DNA of 64,000 nt from an uncultured Candidatus Saccharibacteria bacterium (GTDB taxonomy: Bacteria > Patescibacteriota > Saccharimonadia > Saccharimonadales > CAZARM01). The stretch is from NCBI GenBank assembly GCA_964463635.1, contig CAYXCB010000001.1, positions 7,526 through 71,525 on the forward strand, given 5' to 3'. Numbering within the stretch: position 1 is the stretch's first letter; each line of letters opens with the position of its first letter. Below are positions 1-9,765 of this stretch, one piece after another. A program made the position numbers and the translations under genes. The notes under the pieces are model-generated. The model was given only the letters and a program-made list of their open reading frames with translations. It searched no databases and was not told where the DNA came from.

Positions 1-124
1 ACGGGGCATCGCTGGCTGAACTGCCAGGTTTTTGATGCTCGCTAAGCCGAGAGGCCACCCAGAGGAATGCCGCGGTGCTAGCCGCCAAGCAGCCTACGAT
101 CAATCCCACCCCCCAAACGTTCAT
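1..124 (-). CDS. 5' part of a membrane-anchored protein (runs off the window edge)
   Basis: ATG at 124 reads MNVWGVGLIVGCLAASTAAFLWVASRLSEHQK..., open to position 1, with a hydrophobic N-terminus. Co-oriented just after the 148..975 gene. Confidence 0.45.
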   Translation of the reverse strand, partial: MNVWGVGLIVGCLAASTAAFLWVASRLSEHQKPGSSASDAP

Positions 125-147
125 TCAGTTCCACCTTCCAGTAGCGC

Positions 148-975
148 TTATAGCTTTAGTAATAAATATACCGTACCTAGCCCAACAGCGAAAATTATTA
201 ATGAAACTATACTCACTTGTGTCATGCTTCGGCTAATCGATGTTTTAGATAAGGGATTACGGCCAATCGCCACCATACTGCCCCGTACACCACTGTAAAG
301 CAGGTTTCCAGCAACGAGCACGCTGGCAACAGCGATGAAGAACGCCAGATAGACCCTAGGGGCGCTGACTGGCTTACCTGCGATTGACGCGACGCTTTGT
401 TCCAGAAAGCCTAGCCAAGGATTAGACGATTTGAACAAAGGGTTGGCAGCAACTGTTATATCAGATAGCACCCGGCTAAGCGCTACCTCTTGATTACCCA
501 CAACTGCGCTGCCAACTACGTTGGAGTTACCATCAAAAGTCGTCATGGCTTTGCCAGTGATATAGGGTGAATGTCCGTCGGCTTTCATACCCACGCCGGC
601 AACTCTAGATATGGTTAAATAATCCCCGGCCTGAATCGCGCCGTTTTGGTCGCTGACTAACATCTCAAACCTGCCGGATGTTGCAACAAAAACTTTCTGG
701 TCCTCGCTTGAAAGGGTTACTGGAGCGTCATTTGGATCAACCACGATACCGTACATGCGTGACGCATCATTGGCTTTAACAGGTTCTACTTTGGAGTTGT
801 TTTTATCTTGTAAGCGTACGATCATACCGCGTTCTACTGAACTATCGGCACTATAACCTCGGGTAAACTGTTGTGCTTTTAAGAAGCCAGTCAGGCTCAA
901 AGCAATCAAAAAACACAGCGCCATAAAAGCCAGAATGCGTGAAAAAGTAACATATTGAAGAATTTTTGTCTTCAT
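148..975 (-). CDS. hypothetical membrane protein (N-terminal signal/TM, C-terminal 2 TM)
   Basis: 275 aa ORF with hydrophobic N-terminus and C-terminal helices around a GRNP motif. Confidence 0.75.
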   Translation of the reverse strand: MKTKILQYVTFSRILAFMALCFLIALSLTGFLKAQQFTRGYSADSSVERGMIVRLQDKNNSKVEPVKANDASRMYGIVVDPNDAPVTLSSEDQKVFVATSGRFEMLVSDQNGAIQAGDYLTISRVAGVGMKADGHSPYITGKAMTTFDGNSNVVGSAVVGNQEVALSRVLSDITVAANPLFKSSNPWLGFLEQSVASIAGKPVSAPRVYLAFFIAVASVLVAGNLLYSGVRGSMVAIGRNPLSKTSISRSMTQVSIVSLIIFAVGLGTVYLLLKL

Positions 976-1011
976 AACTTGTCTTAACTGCTAACAGTAT
1001 AGCGTAAGCAG

Positions 1012-2148
1012 TTAAACCAGGCTAGCTAATACTTTAGCTGTTTGCTCAAGGTCGGACTGGCTGGTTCCTGACCCAAATGTAAGGCGCAGTGAGGAGTAGG
1101 CCTGTTCGTCAGTTCTACCGATAGCCCGAAGTACATGAGAGGCTTCATCATTGCTGGCGCTGCAGGCTGAGCCGGCCGCGCACATGATACCTTTCTCATC
1201 TAGTTCCATGATCAGGCGTTCATTATCGCTGCCGGGAATAGTTATATGCACATTATTCGGCAGGCGAAATTTACTAGAACCATTTACCACCGCGTTCGGG
1301 ATAGCCTTGGTGAGGCCAGCTATAAACTGGCTGCTTAGAATTCTGAGCCGATCACCTTCTTGCTTGCGGCGAGTTTGAACTAAATCGAGTGCGGCCACAA
1401 ACCCGACAATACCAGCGACATTTTCTGTGCCGCTGCGTACATTACGCTCCTGGCCGCCGCCTAGGGTTTGCGGCATAAGCAATGTGCCAGCTTTAATATA
1501 CAGCGCGCCTACTTGTTTAGGCCCATAAATCTTGCCTGAGTTGATGGTCATCAAATCCACACCCAAACGGTCCACATGTAGGTCTAAGTAAGCCGCCGCT
1601 TGGCAAGCATCAGTATGCAAATATAAAGGCAGTTTATTACCCTGCTTGACCCGATCTTTACGAACCTCTGCAACCATACGGCCAATTTCCCGTATCGGCT
1701 GGATAGTGCCGATCTCATTGTTGGCGTACATAACACTCACCAGCACAGTATCTTTATTAATCAAAGATTGCAGTTTGGCGATATTCAAGCGCCCGTCGAG
1801 ATCGACAGGTATTTCCTTAGCCTTGTATTGTTTGGCTGGGGCTAATACAGAGTCGTGTTCAATCGAGCTGACCAGCAGCTGCTTGCCAGGAAACTGCTGC
1901 ATCACGCCATTTATAGCCAGGTTATTCGCTTCGGTACCGCCAGCAGTGAATACGACTTCGCCGGGGCGAGAACCAAGCCAATGGGCAATTTTAGCCCGAG
2001 CTGCCTCAATGTCTTTGCCTACGGCTTTAGATGCCAGATAAGTAGCCGACGGGTTATAGAACTTATCAGCCAAATATGACTGCATGACAGCCTGCACTTC
2101 CGGCGCCACTGGCGTAGCCGCCGCGTAATCCAGATATATCCTTTTCAT
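1012..2148 (-). CDS. iscS: cysteine desulfurase (IscS/NifS family)
   Basis: IYLDYAAATP, FTAGGTEANN, SSIEHDS, NNEIGTIQP, KIYGPK, RSGTEN and catalytic GSACSA motifs. Confidence 0.93.
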   Translation of the reverse strand: MKRIYLDYAAATPVAPEVQAVMQSYLADKFYNPSATYLASKAVGKDIEAARAKIAHWLGSRPGEVVFTAGGTEANNLAINGVMQQFPGKQLLVSSIEHDSVLAPAKQYKAKEIPVDLDGRLNIAKLQSLINKDTVLVSVMYANNEIGTIQPIREIGRMVAEVRKDRVKQGNKLPLYLHTDACQAAAYLDLHVDRLGVDLMTINSGKIYGPKQVGALYIKAGTLLMPQTLGGGQERNVRSGTENVAGIVGFVAALDLVQTRRKQEGDRLRILSSQFIAGLTKAIPNAVVNGSSKFRLPNNVHITIPGSDNERLIMELDEKGIMCAAGSACSASNDEASHVLRAIGRTDEQAYSSLRLTFGSGTSQSDLEQTAKVLASLV

Positions 2149-2165
2149 GAGGGAAGGCCGCCCTT

Positions 2166-2537
2166 TTAAGCAAACCGTGCGTAGAGTTCTGTATTCACGC
2201 GCTGTTCGTATAAGTTGGCAGCTTCGACTAGCCGGTCTGCTTCTTCTTTTGGAACTGATTGGTATTGGCCGTTTTGGGCTTTAATAATTCCGTTTGGCCG
2301 GATATCGTAACGAGTGGTTTTCATCTGTCGCTGCCCATTTTTGTCGACCCATTCCTCGTGCCATACCCAAGTATGCTCGTCGAGGCAGAAAAATTCGCGC
2401 CGCCCGCCTGGCTTAACAGGTCCGAACAGTTGTCCGCCGATTTTAGCTTCGTGTCGAATAAGATTGCGATATAGTTCGGCTTTGCGCTCAGCGTGCTTTT
2501 GAGCGCTTAGGCTGTTGAGAATTTTCTTAACCAGCAC
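2166..2537 (-). CDS. conserved hypothetical protein
   Basis: 123 aa ORF in operon context with a protein-like GGQLFGP...RREFFCLDEHTWVWHEEW segment. Confidence 0.75.
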   Translation of the reverse strand: MLVKKILNSLSAQKHAERKAELYRNLIRHEAKIGGQLFGPVKPGGRREFFCLDEHTWVWHEEWVDKNGQRQMKTTRYDIRPNGIIKAQNGQYQSVPKEEADRLVEAANLYEQRVNTELYARFA

Positions 2538-2925
2538 GTCGCAACCCCCTCAGGATTTGTTGCTGTTCTGCTGGAGTGCCCAGGTCTTGAGCAATGCGAC
2601 CAAGACGGCGTAATTCACGCAAATGCTCAAGTTCGTCAATGTTATCTTTGGCAGATTGGCTGCCCTGCAGGGCTTCCGGCGCTTCAGGTATTTCTTGGGC
2701 ATGTGTATCCGTACGATTTTTATCAACGTCAATGTCCTGGGCCAAAGCTTCTTCGTTTTTAGTTTCCCCAGGGATAACTCGTATTTCCGGTGCGCCGTGT
2801 TCGGTGTCACGGGCTTGGGTAGTAGCAGTCCTCAGTATAGAAATAGCATTGCGACGCAACACCACTTCTTCGGGGGTGTTGAGTTCGCGATCTAGTTTTT
2901 CCGGGTTATCGGACGGTTGATGCAC
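2527..2925 (-). CDS. hypothetical protein
   Basis: 132 aa ORF tightly packed between tatD and the next gene. Confidence 0.55.
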   Translation of the reverse strand: MHQPSDNPEKLDRELNTPEEVVLRRNAISILRTATTQARDTEHGAPEIRVIPGETKNEEALAQDIDVDKNRTDTHAQEIPEAPEALQGSQSAKDNIDELEHLRELRRLGRIAQDLGTPAEQQQILRGLRRAG

Positions 2926-3750
2926 TTATTTCTCCTGGAACTTAAATAGTATTTTAGCATTCGCGGTGGTTGCTTGGGCCATAGTTTCCAGAGGTTCGTT
3001 TCGCAAACCGCTTAAAAATTTGGCTGTCTCCACCACATGTTTTGGCTCGCAGATTGTACCACGATATGGGGTAGGAGTCAAGAACGGAGCATCCGTTTCC
3101 AGCAATAAAGACTCTAATGGCACAGCTTTTGCCGCGTCAAGCTGATTTTCGTCTTTTGTGAACGTCATTATGCCGTTCAGGCCCACATAAAGCCCTCTAG
3201 ACAATATTTGTTTGAGATCTGCAATATCAGCGCTAAAACTATGGACCACGCCCTGAAGGCCCTTATATTGGTCGAAGATCGGCCAGAAATCATCAAACGC
3301 ATCCCGTATATGCAAAATTATTGGCAATTTAAGATTTAAGGCAAGTTCAAGCTGGAAGTGGAGCAGGGCAATCTGATCGTCTTTGGGCGAGTGGGTGTAG
3401 TAATAATCCAGTCCGATTTCGCCAATTGCCACAACACCCTTCTCCCCCGCTAGATTGCGAATTTTTCGCAATTTGTCGGGTGAATGGATGTGGTCTTTGG
3501 CTTCATGCGGATGCACGCCTACGCTGGCCCAGCAGTTTGACTGATTTTGAGCCAATTTTACAGCCATTTCGCTGTCCCGAAGCGTACAGCCCACGCATAT
3601 CAGCGTGCTCACCCCTGCCCTCTCCGCCTCTGTTATCATCTGTTCAGGATCGGTAAAGCCAGCCTTCGCCCATTTGTCTCTGACAAACTCATCCCCGCCA
3701 GCCTGAGCAGACGCCTCATGGATATGGCAATGAGTATCTACGAGTTGCAT
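2926..3750 (-). CDS. tatD: TatD family nuclease
   Basis: DTHCH, GVHPH, AIGEIGLDYY, HIRDA, VVHSF and ETDAPFL motifs; follows metG. Confidence 0.95.
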   Translation of the reverse strand: MQLVDTHCHIHEASAQAGGDEFVRDKWAKAGFTDPEQMITEAERAGVSTLICVGCTLRDSEMAVKLAQNQSNCWASVGVHPHEAKDHIHSPDKLRKIRNLAGEKGVVAIGEIGLDYYYTHSPKDDQIALLHFQLELALNLKLPIILHIRDAFDDFWPIFDQYKGLQGVVHSFSADIADLKQILSRGLYVGLNGIMTFTKDENQLDAAKAVPLESLLLETDAPFLTPTPYRGTICEPKHVVETAKFLSGLRNEPLETMAQATTANAKILFKFQEK

Positions 3751-5208
3751 TTACTTCTTTGGAACTTCAGCTAAAGGATCTTTACGGGGGAACAAAGTCG
3801 GCTCAATTGGGCGAATTACACCCTCTTCAAACACTTTTCGCATCTTTTGCGATGTCTCGGGCAGGAATGGCGCCAATAGATCGGCAATTTGCAGCAGAGC
3901 GCTGACCTGGTAGGCCAGCACTTCACGTAAGTGCTCGGTATCGCCGTCTTTATGGATCACCCAGGGTTTTTCCTCATCTATGTACTGGTTTAGCCCGCGG
4001 ACCTGTTCCCAGACTTCGTCTAGTGCCCGGTCAAAATGGAAGTTTTCGAGCGCCTGGTGATACTGGGCCACGTCGTGTTCGGCATCCGGACTGTCGCCGA
4101 TTATTCCGTTCTGGTATTGGGTAATCATAGCGGCTGTACGCTGCACGGCGTTACCTAGCTCATTAGCCAGCTCGTTGTTGTAGGCATCGTGCAGGCGCTG
4201 CAGGCTGAATTCGCCGTCTTCATACGATGGGATATGACGCAATATGTAATAGCGCAAAGCGTCGGCGCCATATTCTTTGATGATTTTCACCGGATCGATG
4301 ACATTTCCGAGGGTTTTGCTCATCTTGATGCCGCCCTCAGCATTGATGAAGCCATGTACATACAGGCTTTTGGGTAGTGGCAGGCCCAGGCCTAGCAGCA
4401 TGCCGGGCCAAATGGCCGCGTGAAAGCGAAGGATGTCTTTGCCGATTACTTGGACGTTGGCCGGCCAGAAGTCCTTGAAGTCTTTGTGCTCTGGATAGCC
4501 GAGAACCGTAATATAGTTCATCAGCGCCTCGAACCAGACATACATGACTTGGGTTTTATCGCCTGGCACTGGAATACCCCAGGTAATCTTGCTGGTGGGA
4601 CGGGAAATGCTGATGTCGTCTAAGCCGTCTTTAATGACGTTTAAAATTTCATGTTTGCGGCTGGCTGGCACAACCTGGAATGAGCCGTCTTCAATGGCTT
4701 TGGTGATTTGAGGGGCGTAGCGGCTAAGTTTGAAGAGGTAGTTTTCTTCTTCAAACTTCTCATATTTACGGTTGTGATTGGGACACACGCCACCATTAGC
4801 CTTGACAACGGCTTCGTTAAAAAACTCTTCTTCGCCCGTGCAATACCAGCCGCTGTACTTGCCTTTAGATATGTCTTTTTCTAGCGCTTTCCAGATCAAC
4901 CCTGCACGTTGTTCATGGCCGGAGTCAGTCGTACGGATAAAACGGTCATTGCTAATATTTAGGGTCTTAGCTAAATCCCGAAAGTTTTCACTGACTTTGT
5001 CGGCGAAGGCTTTAGGGGTTAGCTTAAGTTCGGCGGCTTTTTCGGCGATTTTGCCGCCATGTTCATCCGTTCCGGTGCTGAATATTACTTGGTGGCCTTG
5101 CTGTCGGGCATAACGGGCCAGGACATCTGTCAATACAAACTCAAAGGCATGGCCGATATGCGGCTCGCCATTCACATAGGGAATCGAGGTTGTAATGTAG
5201 TAATTCAT
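3751..5208 (-). CDS. metG: methionyl-tRNA synthetase (short form)
   Basis: YVNGEPHIGH, GTDEHG, YVWFEAL, GKDILRFH and KMSKT motifs. Confidence 0.97.
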   Translation of the reverse strand: MNYYITTSIPYVNGEPHIGHAFEFVLTDVLARYARQQGHQVIFSTGTDEHGGKIAEKAAELKLTPKAFADKVSENFRDLAKTLNISNDRFIRTTDSGHEQRAGLIWKALEKDISKGKYSGWYCTGEEEFFNEAVVKANGGVCPNHNRKYEKFEEENYLFKLSRYAPQITKAIEDGSFQVVPASRKHEILNVIKDGLDDISISRPTSKITWGIPVPGDKTQVMYVWFEALMNYITVLGYPEHKDFKDFWPANVQVIGKDILRFHAAIWPGMLLGLGLPLPKSLYVHGFINAEGGIKMSKTLGNVIDPVKIIKEYGADALRYYILRHIPSYEDGEFSLQRLHDAYNNELANELGNAVQRTAAMITQYQNGIIGDSPDAEHDVAQYHQALENFHFDRALDEVWEQVRGLNQYIDEEKPWVIHKDGDTEHLREVLAYQVSALLQIADLLAPFLPETSQKMRKVFEEGVIRPIEPTLFPRKDPLAEVPKK

Positions 5209-5217
5209 AGAGGTCTA

Positions 5218-5730
5218 TTATAACAGGGATGTTTGCTCGGGCGGGAGTGAAGCGGCAATGTCCGGACGATGCTGTTTTAGAAAAGTAGCCAGCCGCTCCA
5301 GGAACACTACCCGGCTTTTGACGATTTTGACCGACGCCGTCGGTAGGTCAAACCAATTGGCTTTATCAATTTCCGGAAATTCCTGGATCTCACCTGATTT
5401 TGGTGGCCATTCCACCTTAAAGGTGTTGGAGCTGATGTTTTTGATGTCAATATCGCCCTCCATCGCCCAGATCATAACAACTTTATTAGAAGACTTCGCT
5501 GTTCCAAGGTCGTAGGCTTCGCCAGTGGGTGCCGGCTGGCCAATCTCTTCTTCGAATTCGCGGTGGGCAGCAGCCAAAGCGTCTTCGCCCTCAAACTCGC
5601 CTTTGGGTATATCCCAGGCGGCAGCGTCTTTCCGAGCAAAAAATGGCCCGCCCATATGCCCTAGCAATACTTTAACTTTGCCGTCGTCGACTTTATATAT
5701 CAGCAGCCCGGCACTGGTCTTCACGACCAC
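5218..5730 (-). CDS. NUDIX hydrolase
   Basis: HMGGPFF...W.IPKGE...AAHREFEEEIG Nudix box; FPEIDK. Confidence 0.9.
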   Translation of the reverse strand: MVVKTSAGLLIYKVDDGKVKVLLGHMGGPFFARKDAAAWDIPKGEFEGEDALAAAHREFEEEIGQPAPTGEAYDLGTAKSSNKVVMIWAMEGDIDIKNISSNTFKVEWPPKSGEIQEFPEIDKANWFDLPTASVKIVKSRVVFLERLATFLKQHRPDIAASLPPEQTSLL

Positions 5731-6017
5731 TTCCGTTTCTGATTCTTAACGATTTTGGCTTCGATCGCTTTGCCCAGGTCTATGTCTAGCTGATTGCAGA
5801 TGTCTAGCAGATACCAGAATATGTCAGCCGCTTCCTCGGCCACGTCGTACTTTTTTGAGCCTTTATGGGTTTTGATGCCCTGAGTTTTCCGTGCAGCTTT
5901 AGCGAACTCACCGACTTCTTCAACCAGCAGCAAAAACTTATCCGAAACCGTCTCATCCCCAAACCCCAGCTCTTCAACTAATTGTTCAATACGCTCTTGG
6001 TACTCTGTTATTGTCAT
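5721..6017 (-). CDS. MazG-like nucleotide pyrophosphohydrolase
   Basis: LVEEVGEFAKA...EEAADIFWYL motifs. Confidence 0.88.
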   Translation of the reverse strand: MTITEYQERIEQLVEELGFGDETVSDKFLLLVEEVGEFAKAARKTQGIKTHKGSKKYDVAEEAADIFWYLLDICNQLDIDLGKAIEAKIVKNQKRKWS

Positions 6018-6029
6018 GGCCCTATTGTA

Positions 6030-6719
6030 TCAATTCAACCCGCTAAAGGTTGATTGTATACCACTAGCTTCTAGTCCCTCGTGATATTCTTGTACCCAAT
6101 CAAATTCTTGAGTACCGATCCGACCTTCTTCACGTAGTACTGCCATGGCTTTACTAAGCCCTGTAACCGTCACTAGGCTATATCCTTCACTTCGTACGGC
6201 CTCTGAGCCTCCCTCTTCTCTATCAAACATCACCACGAAGCCTGCAACTTGGAGATCTTTTTTTTCTATTTCGTCTGCTGTCTCAAGCTTAGAGGCTGCA
6301 TTCGTGACCACATCATCAACACTTATAACAGCATCTCCAATATTTACATCACCTTCAAAAGCCTCATGAATACCATACTCCTTACTTCCCACCCTTCCCC
6401 ATAACATTGAATCACCTCTCCGGTATGCGACCATTCCGCCCAGAGCTGTAAGTGACTGTGGGATTCCGTACAAATGGTTGTAGGGGAGTTCTAATTTGTC
6501 TATGGCGTTTGAGTAGCCATCGATCGCCAGATCACGTATTCGCCTTTGAGCATCTGTTGACAAAAGGCTATTTGTATTAAATGACGGAATCGGCCGTTGA
6601 TTGTAAAAAAGAGGCGATCGACGGCCTGATTTTAGAGTCCACTGAAAATTACTAAATCTTATTGCGCCTCTATCGTAAAGACCTATAACTAGCTCTTCTA
6701 GGTGCTCAAACTCGGCCAT
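6030..6719 (-). CDS. pyrE: orotate phosphoribosyltransferase
   Basis: TLKSGRRSP, KEYG, PRPP-binding VDDVVT and FDREEGG; adjacent to pyrF. Confidence 0.85.
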   Translation of the reverse strand: MAEFEHLEELVIGLYDRGAIRFSNFQWTLKSGRRSPLFYNQRPIPSFNTNSLLSTDAQRRIRDLAIDGYSNAIDKLELPYNHLYGIPQSLTALGGMVAYRRGDSMLWGRVGSKEYGIHEAFEGDVNIGDAVISVDDVVTNAASKLETADEIEKKDLQVAGFVVMFDREEGGSEAVRSEGYSLVTVTGLSKAMAVLREEGRIGTQEFDWVQEYHEGLEASGIQSTFSGLN

Positions 6720-7510
6720 TATGCTTCTCCAATTTCATGACCGATTGTTTGAGCTGCTTCAAGACCGGTCATGCCATAACCTTTTGCTTGAGTCAGCGGT
6801 CGACCAATTACCAAAAAATCCGCACCAGATTGTATAGCTACGGTTGGCGTTACAGCTGTGGCTTGCTCATCAGGTGTTACTGCATATGGCGGCCGTATAG
6901 CCGGTATAACTGTTTTTAGGTTGGCTGTGTGGGGATCGCTTTTTACTGATTCACATTCCAGCGGTGAGCAAACAATTCCATCCAAGCCGGCATCGGCTGC
7001 CTTGTGTGCGAACTGCCGCACTTTAGTAGCCCGGTCTGCCCCATAGATACTTGTACAAGTTTCAACTGGATTACCGCCCTTATCCTTTTCGATATCACTA
7101 ATAGAAGTAAGGACCGTAACACCAAGTATCCAGGGTCGCATTAGGCGAGGCTCTAGTGCAAGCGCTTCTTCTACTCCTACTACCGCCTCATGCATGGCTT
7201 TGGTGGTGTTTGAGGCGTGGATAGTAATCATGGATCCACCAGCAAGGGTTGCTTCACGCGTACGGCGACGCATCGTATCATCGATATCATGAAATTTGTA
7301 ATCAATCATCGTTAACGCACCGACATGTCCGATACCAGAGACTGCTTGGTCAAGACCCATTCGATCAGCGACTGAGTTCACTTTGGCGAGACCGATTACT
7401 GTGGCGTATTCTACTAGGCTCTCGTATGCTTCGGCCCAATAGTCATAATCAAGTGCGGCAATAATTCTTTCATGCGGCTGCGTTATTTCTTCCAAAGATC
7501 TGATCGCCAT
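6719..7510 (-). CDS. pyrF: orotidine-5'-phosphate decarboxylase
   Basis: IIAALD, DYKFHDIDDT (DxKxxDIxxT), VTVLTS, DGIVCS, PAIRP and VIGRP motifs. Confidence 0.92.
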   Translation of the reverse strand: MAIRSLEEITQPHERIIAALDYDYWAEAYESLVEYATVIGLAKVNSVADRMGLDQAVSGIGHVGALTMIDYKFHDIDDTMRRRTREATLAGGSMITIHASNTTKAMHEAVVGVEEALALEPRLMRPWILGVTVLTSISDIEKDKGGNPVETCTSIYGADRATKVRQFAHKAADAGLDGIVCSPLECESVKSDPHTANLKTVIPAIRPPYAVTPDEQATAVTPTVAIQSGADFLVIGRPLTQAKGYGMTGLEAAQTIGHEIGEA

Positions 7511-7556
7511 ACAACCCTCGCTTCGCCACCCAGTTTAGTTAATACGTTAAATTAAA

Positions 7557-8069
7557 CTACTTAGTCTGGTTTGTGACAAGTTCTTGGTTACTTTTTTCAA
7601 CCTTAACCATAAAGCTCATTACACCCATAATATCGGGGAAGAATCGCTGAAATTTAATTTGTCGCTGTAATCTCTTGCGAATGACCCGATCGAATTTACG
7701 CATCTCTTTAGATGAGTCAAGCTCATCTACTATCGCCTGTATAGATTCATCTAATTGATCATCTTCGAATGTGACAAAGTCAGGATGTAAACTCGGCGTA
7801 TACTTGATTAACATGGCCAAAGGACCTTCGTAGTGATATCTGGTCTTGCGGGGAATGATTAGCTCCTGGCCGGCCCTAGCATTGATTTCTCCATCCTGGG
7901 TTACGAACTTGCCAAGTCCTTGAATTATTTCGAATTTTACTGCTGAAAAATGATTGGTAAATTCATAGCTCTCTCCAATCGAGTCTACATACATAGTTGT
8001 ACGTGCAGGCCAATCATGTTCAAGCAGTATCACATCCTGTACTCCGGGTCTTTCAGGCAGTTCTCGCAT
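7557..8069 (-). CDS. hypothetical protein (possible cupin-like N-terminal half)
   Basis: 170 aa ORF; GLGKF...AGQELIIPRKTRYHY resembles a cupin strand pattern. Confidence 0.55.
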   Translation of the reverse strand: MRELPERPGVQDVILLEHDWPARTTMYVDSIGESYEFTNHFSAVKFEIIQGLGKFVTQDGEINARAGQELIIPRKTRYHYEGPLAMLIKYTPSLHPDFVTFEDDQLDESIQAIVDELDSSKEMRKFDRVIRKRLQRQIKFQRFFPDIMGVMSFMVKVEKSNQELVTNQTK

Positions 8070-8113
8070 CTCTTATTTGTAACATACCCTGTACTCGTAT
8101 GAAACTGATTCGG

Positions 8114-8272
8114 CTAATAACTGGCAAGGTGCCACAGGTTGCAGTGGCGGCATTTATAGACTTTGAGGCCCGTTCCATAGGACCACTTTGCAAAATTAGC
8201 GGCAGCATTGGCTTCTTTCTCCGTATCAAACGCCAGCTTGTCCACACAAGGTAATTCTTGTTTATCTTCCAT
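8114..8272 (-). CDS. small Cys/His protein (52 aa)
   Basis: MEDKQELPCVDKLAF...VYKCRHCNLWHLASY; likely start at ATG 8272, outside the adjacent palindromic element. Confidence 0.65.
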   Translation of the reverse strand: MEDKQELPCVDKLAFDTEKEANAAANFAKWSYGTGLKVYKCRHCNLWHLASY

Positions 8273-8286
8273 GGAGCTGATTTTAC

Positions 8287-8451
8287 ACGACTGACAGGCT
8301 TGAGTGCAGTACAAGGAAGAGCTGAAGCGCGGACTGAGCCGTATATTAAATACGGTGAAGGAGCACTGGAAGCACTGACGCAGTAGTGCGCCAAGAGCAG
8401 CAGCGGAGTTCTGGCTCCGCCAGAAGCAGGCTGATGCGGCCTGTTAGTCGT
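8287..8451 (+). repeat. palindromic element, family A copy 1
   Basis: Terminal inverted repeat acgactgacaggc (8287-8299) / gcctgttagtcgt (8439-8451). The core ctgagCCGTA-tattaaa-TACGGtga and the GCCAAGAGC motif are shared with the copy at 32202-32411. Confidence 0.7.
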
Positions 8452-9715
8452 CGATGAACTCTTGGCATAAGCGTTCAAAGACAGCATTAGTCCAGCCGAA
8501 GCCGGTTTGGGACGGATAAACGCCTTTGAGCGGCGGCTTACTGGGTTCAACAACGTTATATTTTTCTAGGAAGATATGGTTTTTGTTGAACCAGTCCAGG
8601 TTGGTTTTGATCCACTTCATAGCTATTCGTTTGGCATCTTCATGATAGCTATAGCGCTGCAAACCCTTAATCACCAGATACTGCAGCGGTGCCCAGCCGT
8701 TGGGATATGCCCACTGGGTTGGTATATTGCCCGGCACAAATTGTCCTAACTGCTGGACGTCTGTTGTAGCCAGGCCGCCGCGATTTTCAAACCGGCGCAA
8801 TGCCTTGACCATCTGCATGGCCTGAGTTTCGTCAACCAGGCCGGCCCACATTGGATAAAAACCGGCTAGCGAGCTGACTGTGCCGCCTTTTTGTTTCATA
8901 AAATTGTAGTCGTAATACAAGCCGCGCGCCGGGTTCCACATCAGGTCATACATGTTAGTCTTGCGGTGCTTGGCGGCGACTTCCCACTTACCAGCCGTTC
9001 GCTTGTCGTCAATCAGCCGGTAGTAACGGGCGAAGTCCATTTCATATTTATAAAGCAGCGAGTTCAAATCAGCCGGCAAGTAATCCAAACATTTGCGGTT
9101 AAACCGTGGTGTCATATCCCAGCCGCTTTCCGTCTCGGCGATATCGTTCAGGTAATTAAAGTCATAGTAGCGGCTGAGGCCGCGGTAAACTTGGCGGGCA
9201 TTTGGTTTGCGGGTGCCCATCCAGACAATTTCGTATTCTGCCTCAGCTATTTTGATAGCCCGTTCCAGCCATTTTTGATCCATGTCGTAGGCTTCGTATA
9301 CTTCCCAAATGAAACTGGTCAGAAATGGCGGCTGCGAGCGGCTGGTCAGATACAAGCGAGAAGCATTAGGAATAATCTTGAACCGTTCAAAAAGTATAAA
9401 TAAATCCTCTAAGATGCCAACCACCAGGTCCTTATGCTCCCCATCTAGCATGCCCTGGACCATAAAGTAGCTGTCCCAGTAATAAAGCTCGTCGTAGTCA
9501 AACTCGTGGCCCTTGGCATATGAAGGCACTAGGTATGGATGGGGCAGGCCGATTAAGTTATCGTCGTCTTTTGGATGAGAACGTTCCAGTTTTTTCCAGT
9601 AATTAGCTATATATTCTCGTGCTTCTTCGACATCTTTGGCATGCAGCGAATAGTCTTTCCGAAATGGATTAAAATTCCGTAATTTTATACCGGTTTGCAT
9701 AGCTTTACCAAACAT
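8444..9715 (-). CDS. alpha,alpha-trehalase (GH37)
   Basis: ELYYWDSYF, IPNA, RSQPPFL, ESGWD, QWAYPNGWAP, EKYNV and GFGWTN motifs. Confidence 0.93.
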   Translation of the reverse strand: MFGKAMQTGIKLRNFNPFRKDYSLHAKDVEEAREYIANYWKKLERSHPKDDDNLIGLPHPYLVPSYAKGHEFDYDELYYWDSYFMVQGMLDGEHKDLVVGILEDLFILFERFKIIPNASRLYLTSRSQPPFLTSFIWEVYEAYDMDQKWLERAIKIAEAEYEIVWMGTRKPNARQVYRGLSRYYDFNYLNDIAETESGWDMTPRFNRKCLDYLPADLNSLLYKYEMDFARYYRLIDDKRTAGKWEVAAKHRKTNMYDLMWNPARGLYYDYNFMKQKGGTVSSLAGFYPMWAGLVDETQAMQMVKALRRFENRGGLATTDVQQLGQFVPGNIPTQWAYPNGWAPLQYLVIKGLQRYSYHEDAKRIAMKWIKTNLDWFNKNHIFLEKYNVVEPSKPPLKGVYPSQTGFGWTNAVFERLCQEFIDD

Positions 9716-9765
9716 CTATTCCCAGACTAGGTCATCTGAGAGTAGGCGTCAATAAGCCTTAAGAA

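Noticed and set aside
8053-8553. 166-aa minus-strand ORF
   Set aside because: It overlaps the trehalase end, the palindromic element and the small Cys/His gene, and has no protein-like motifs.
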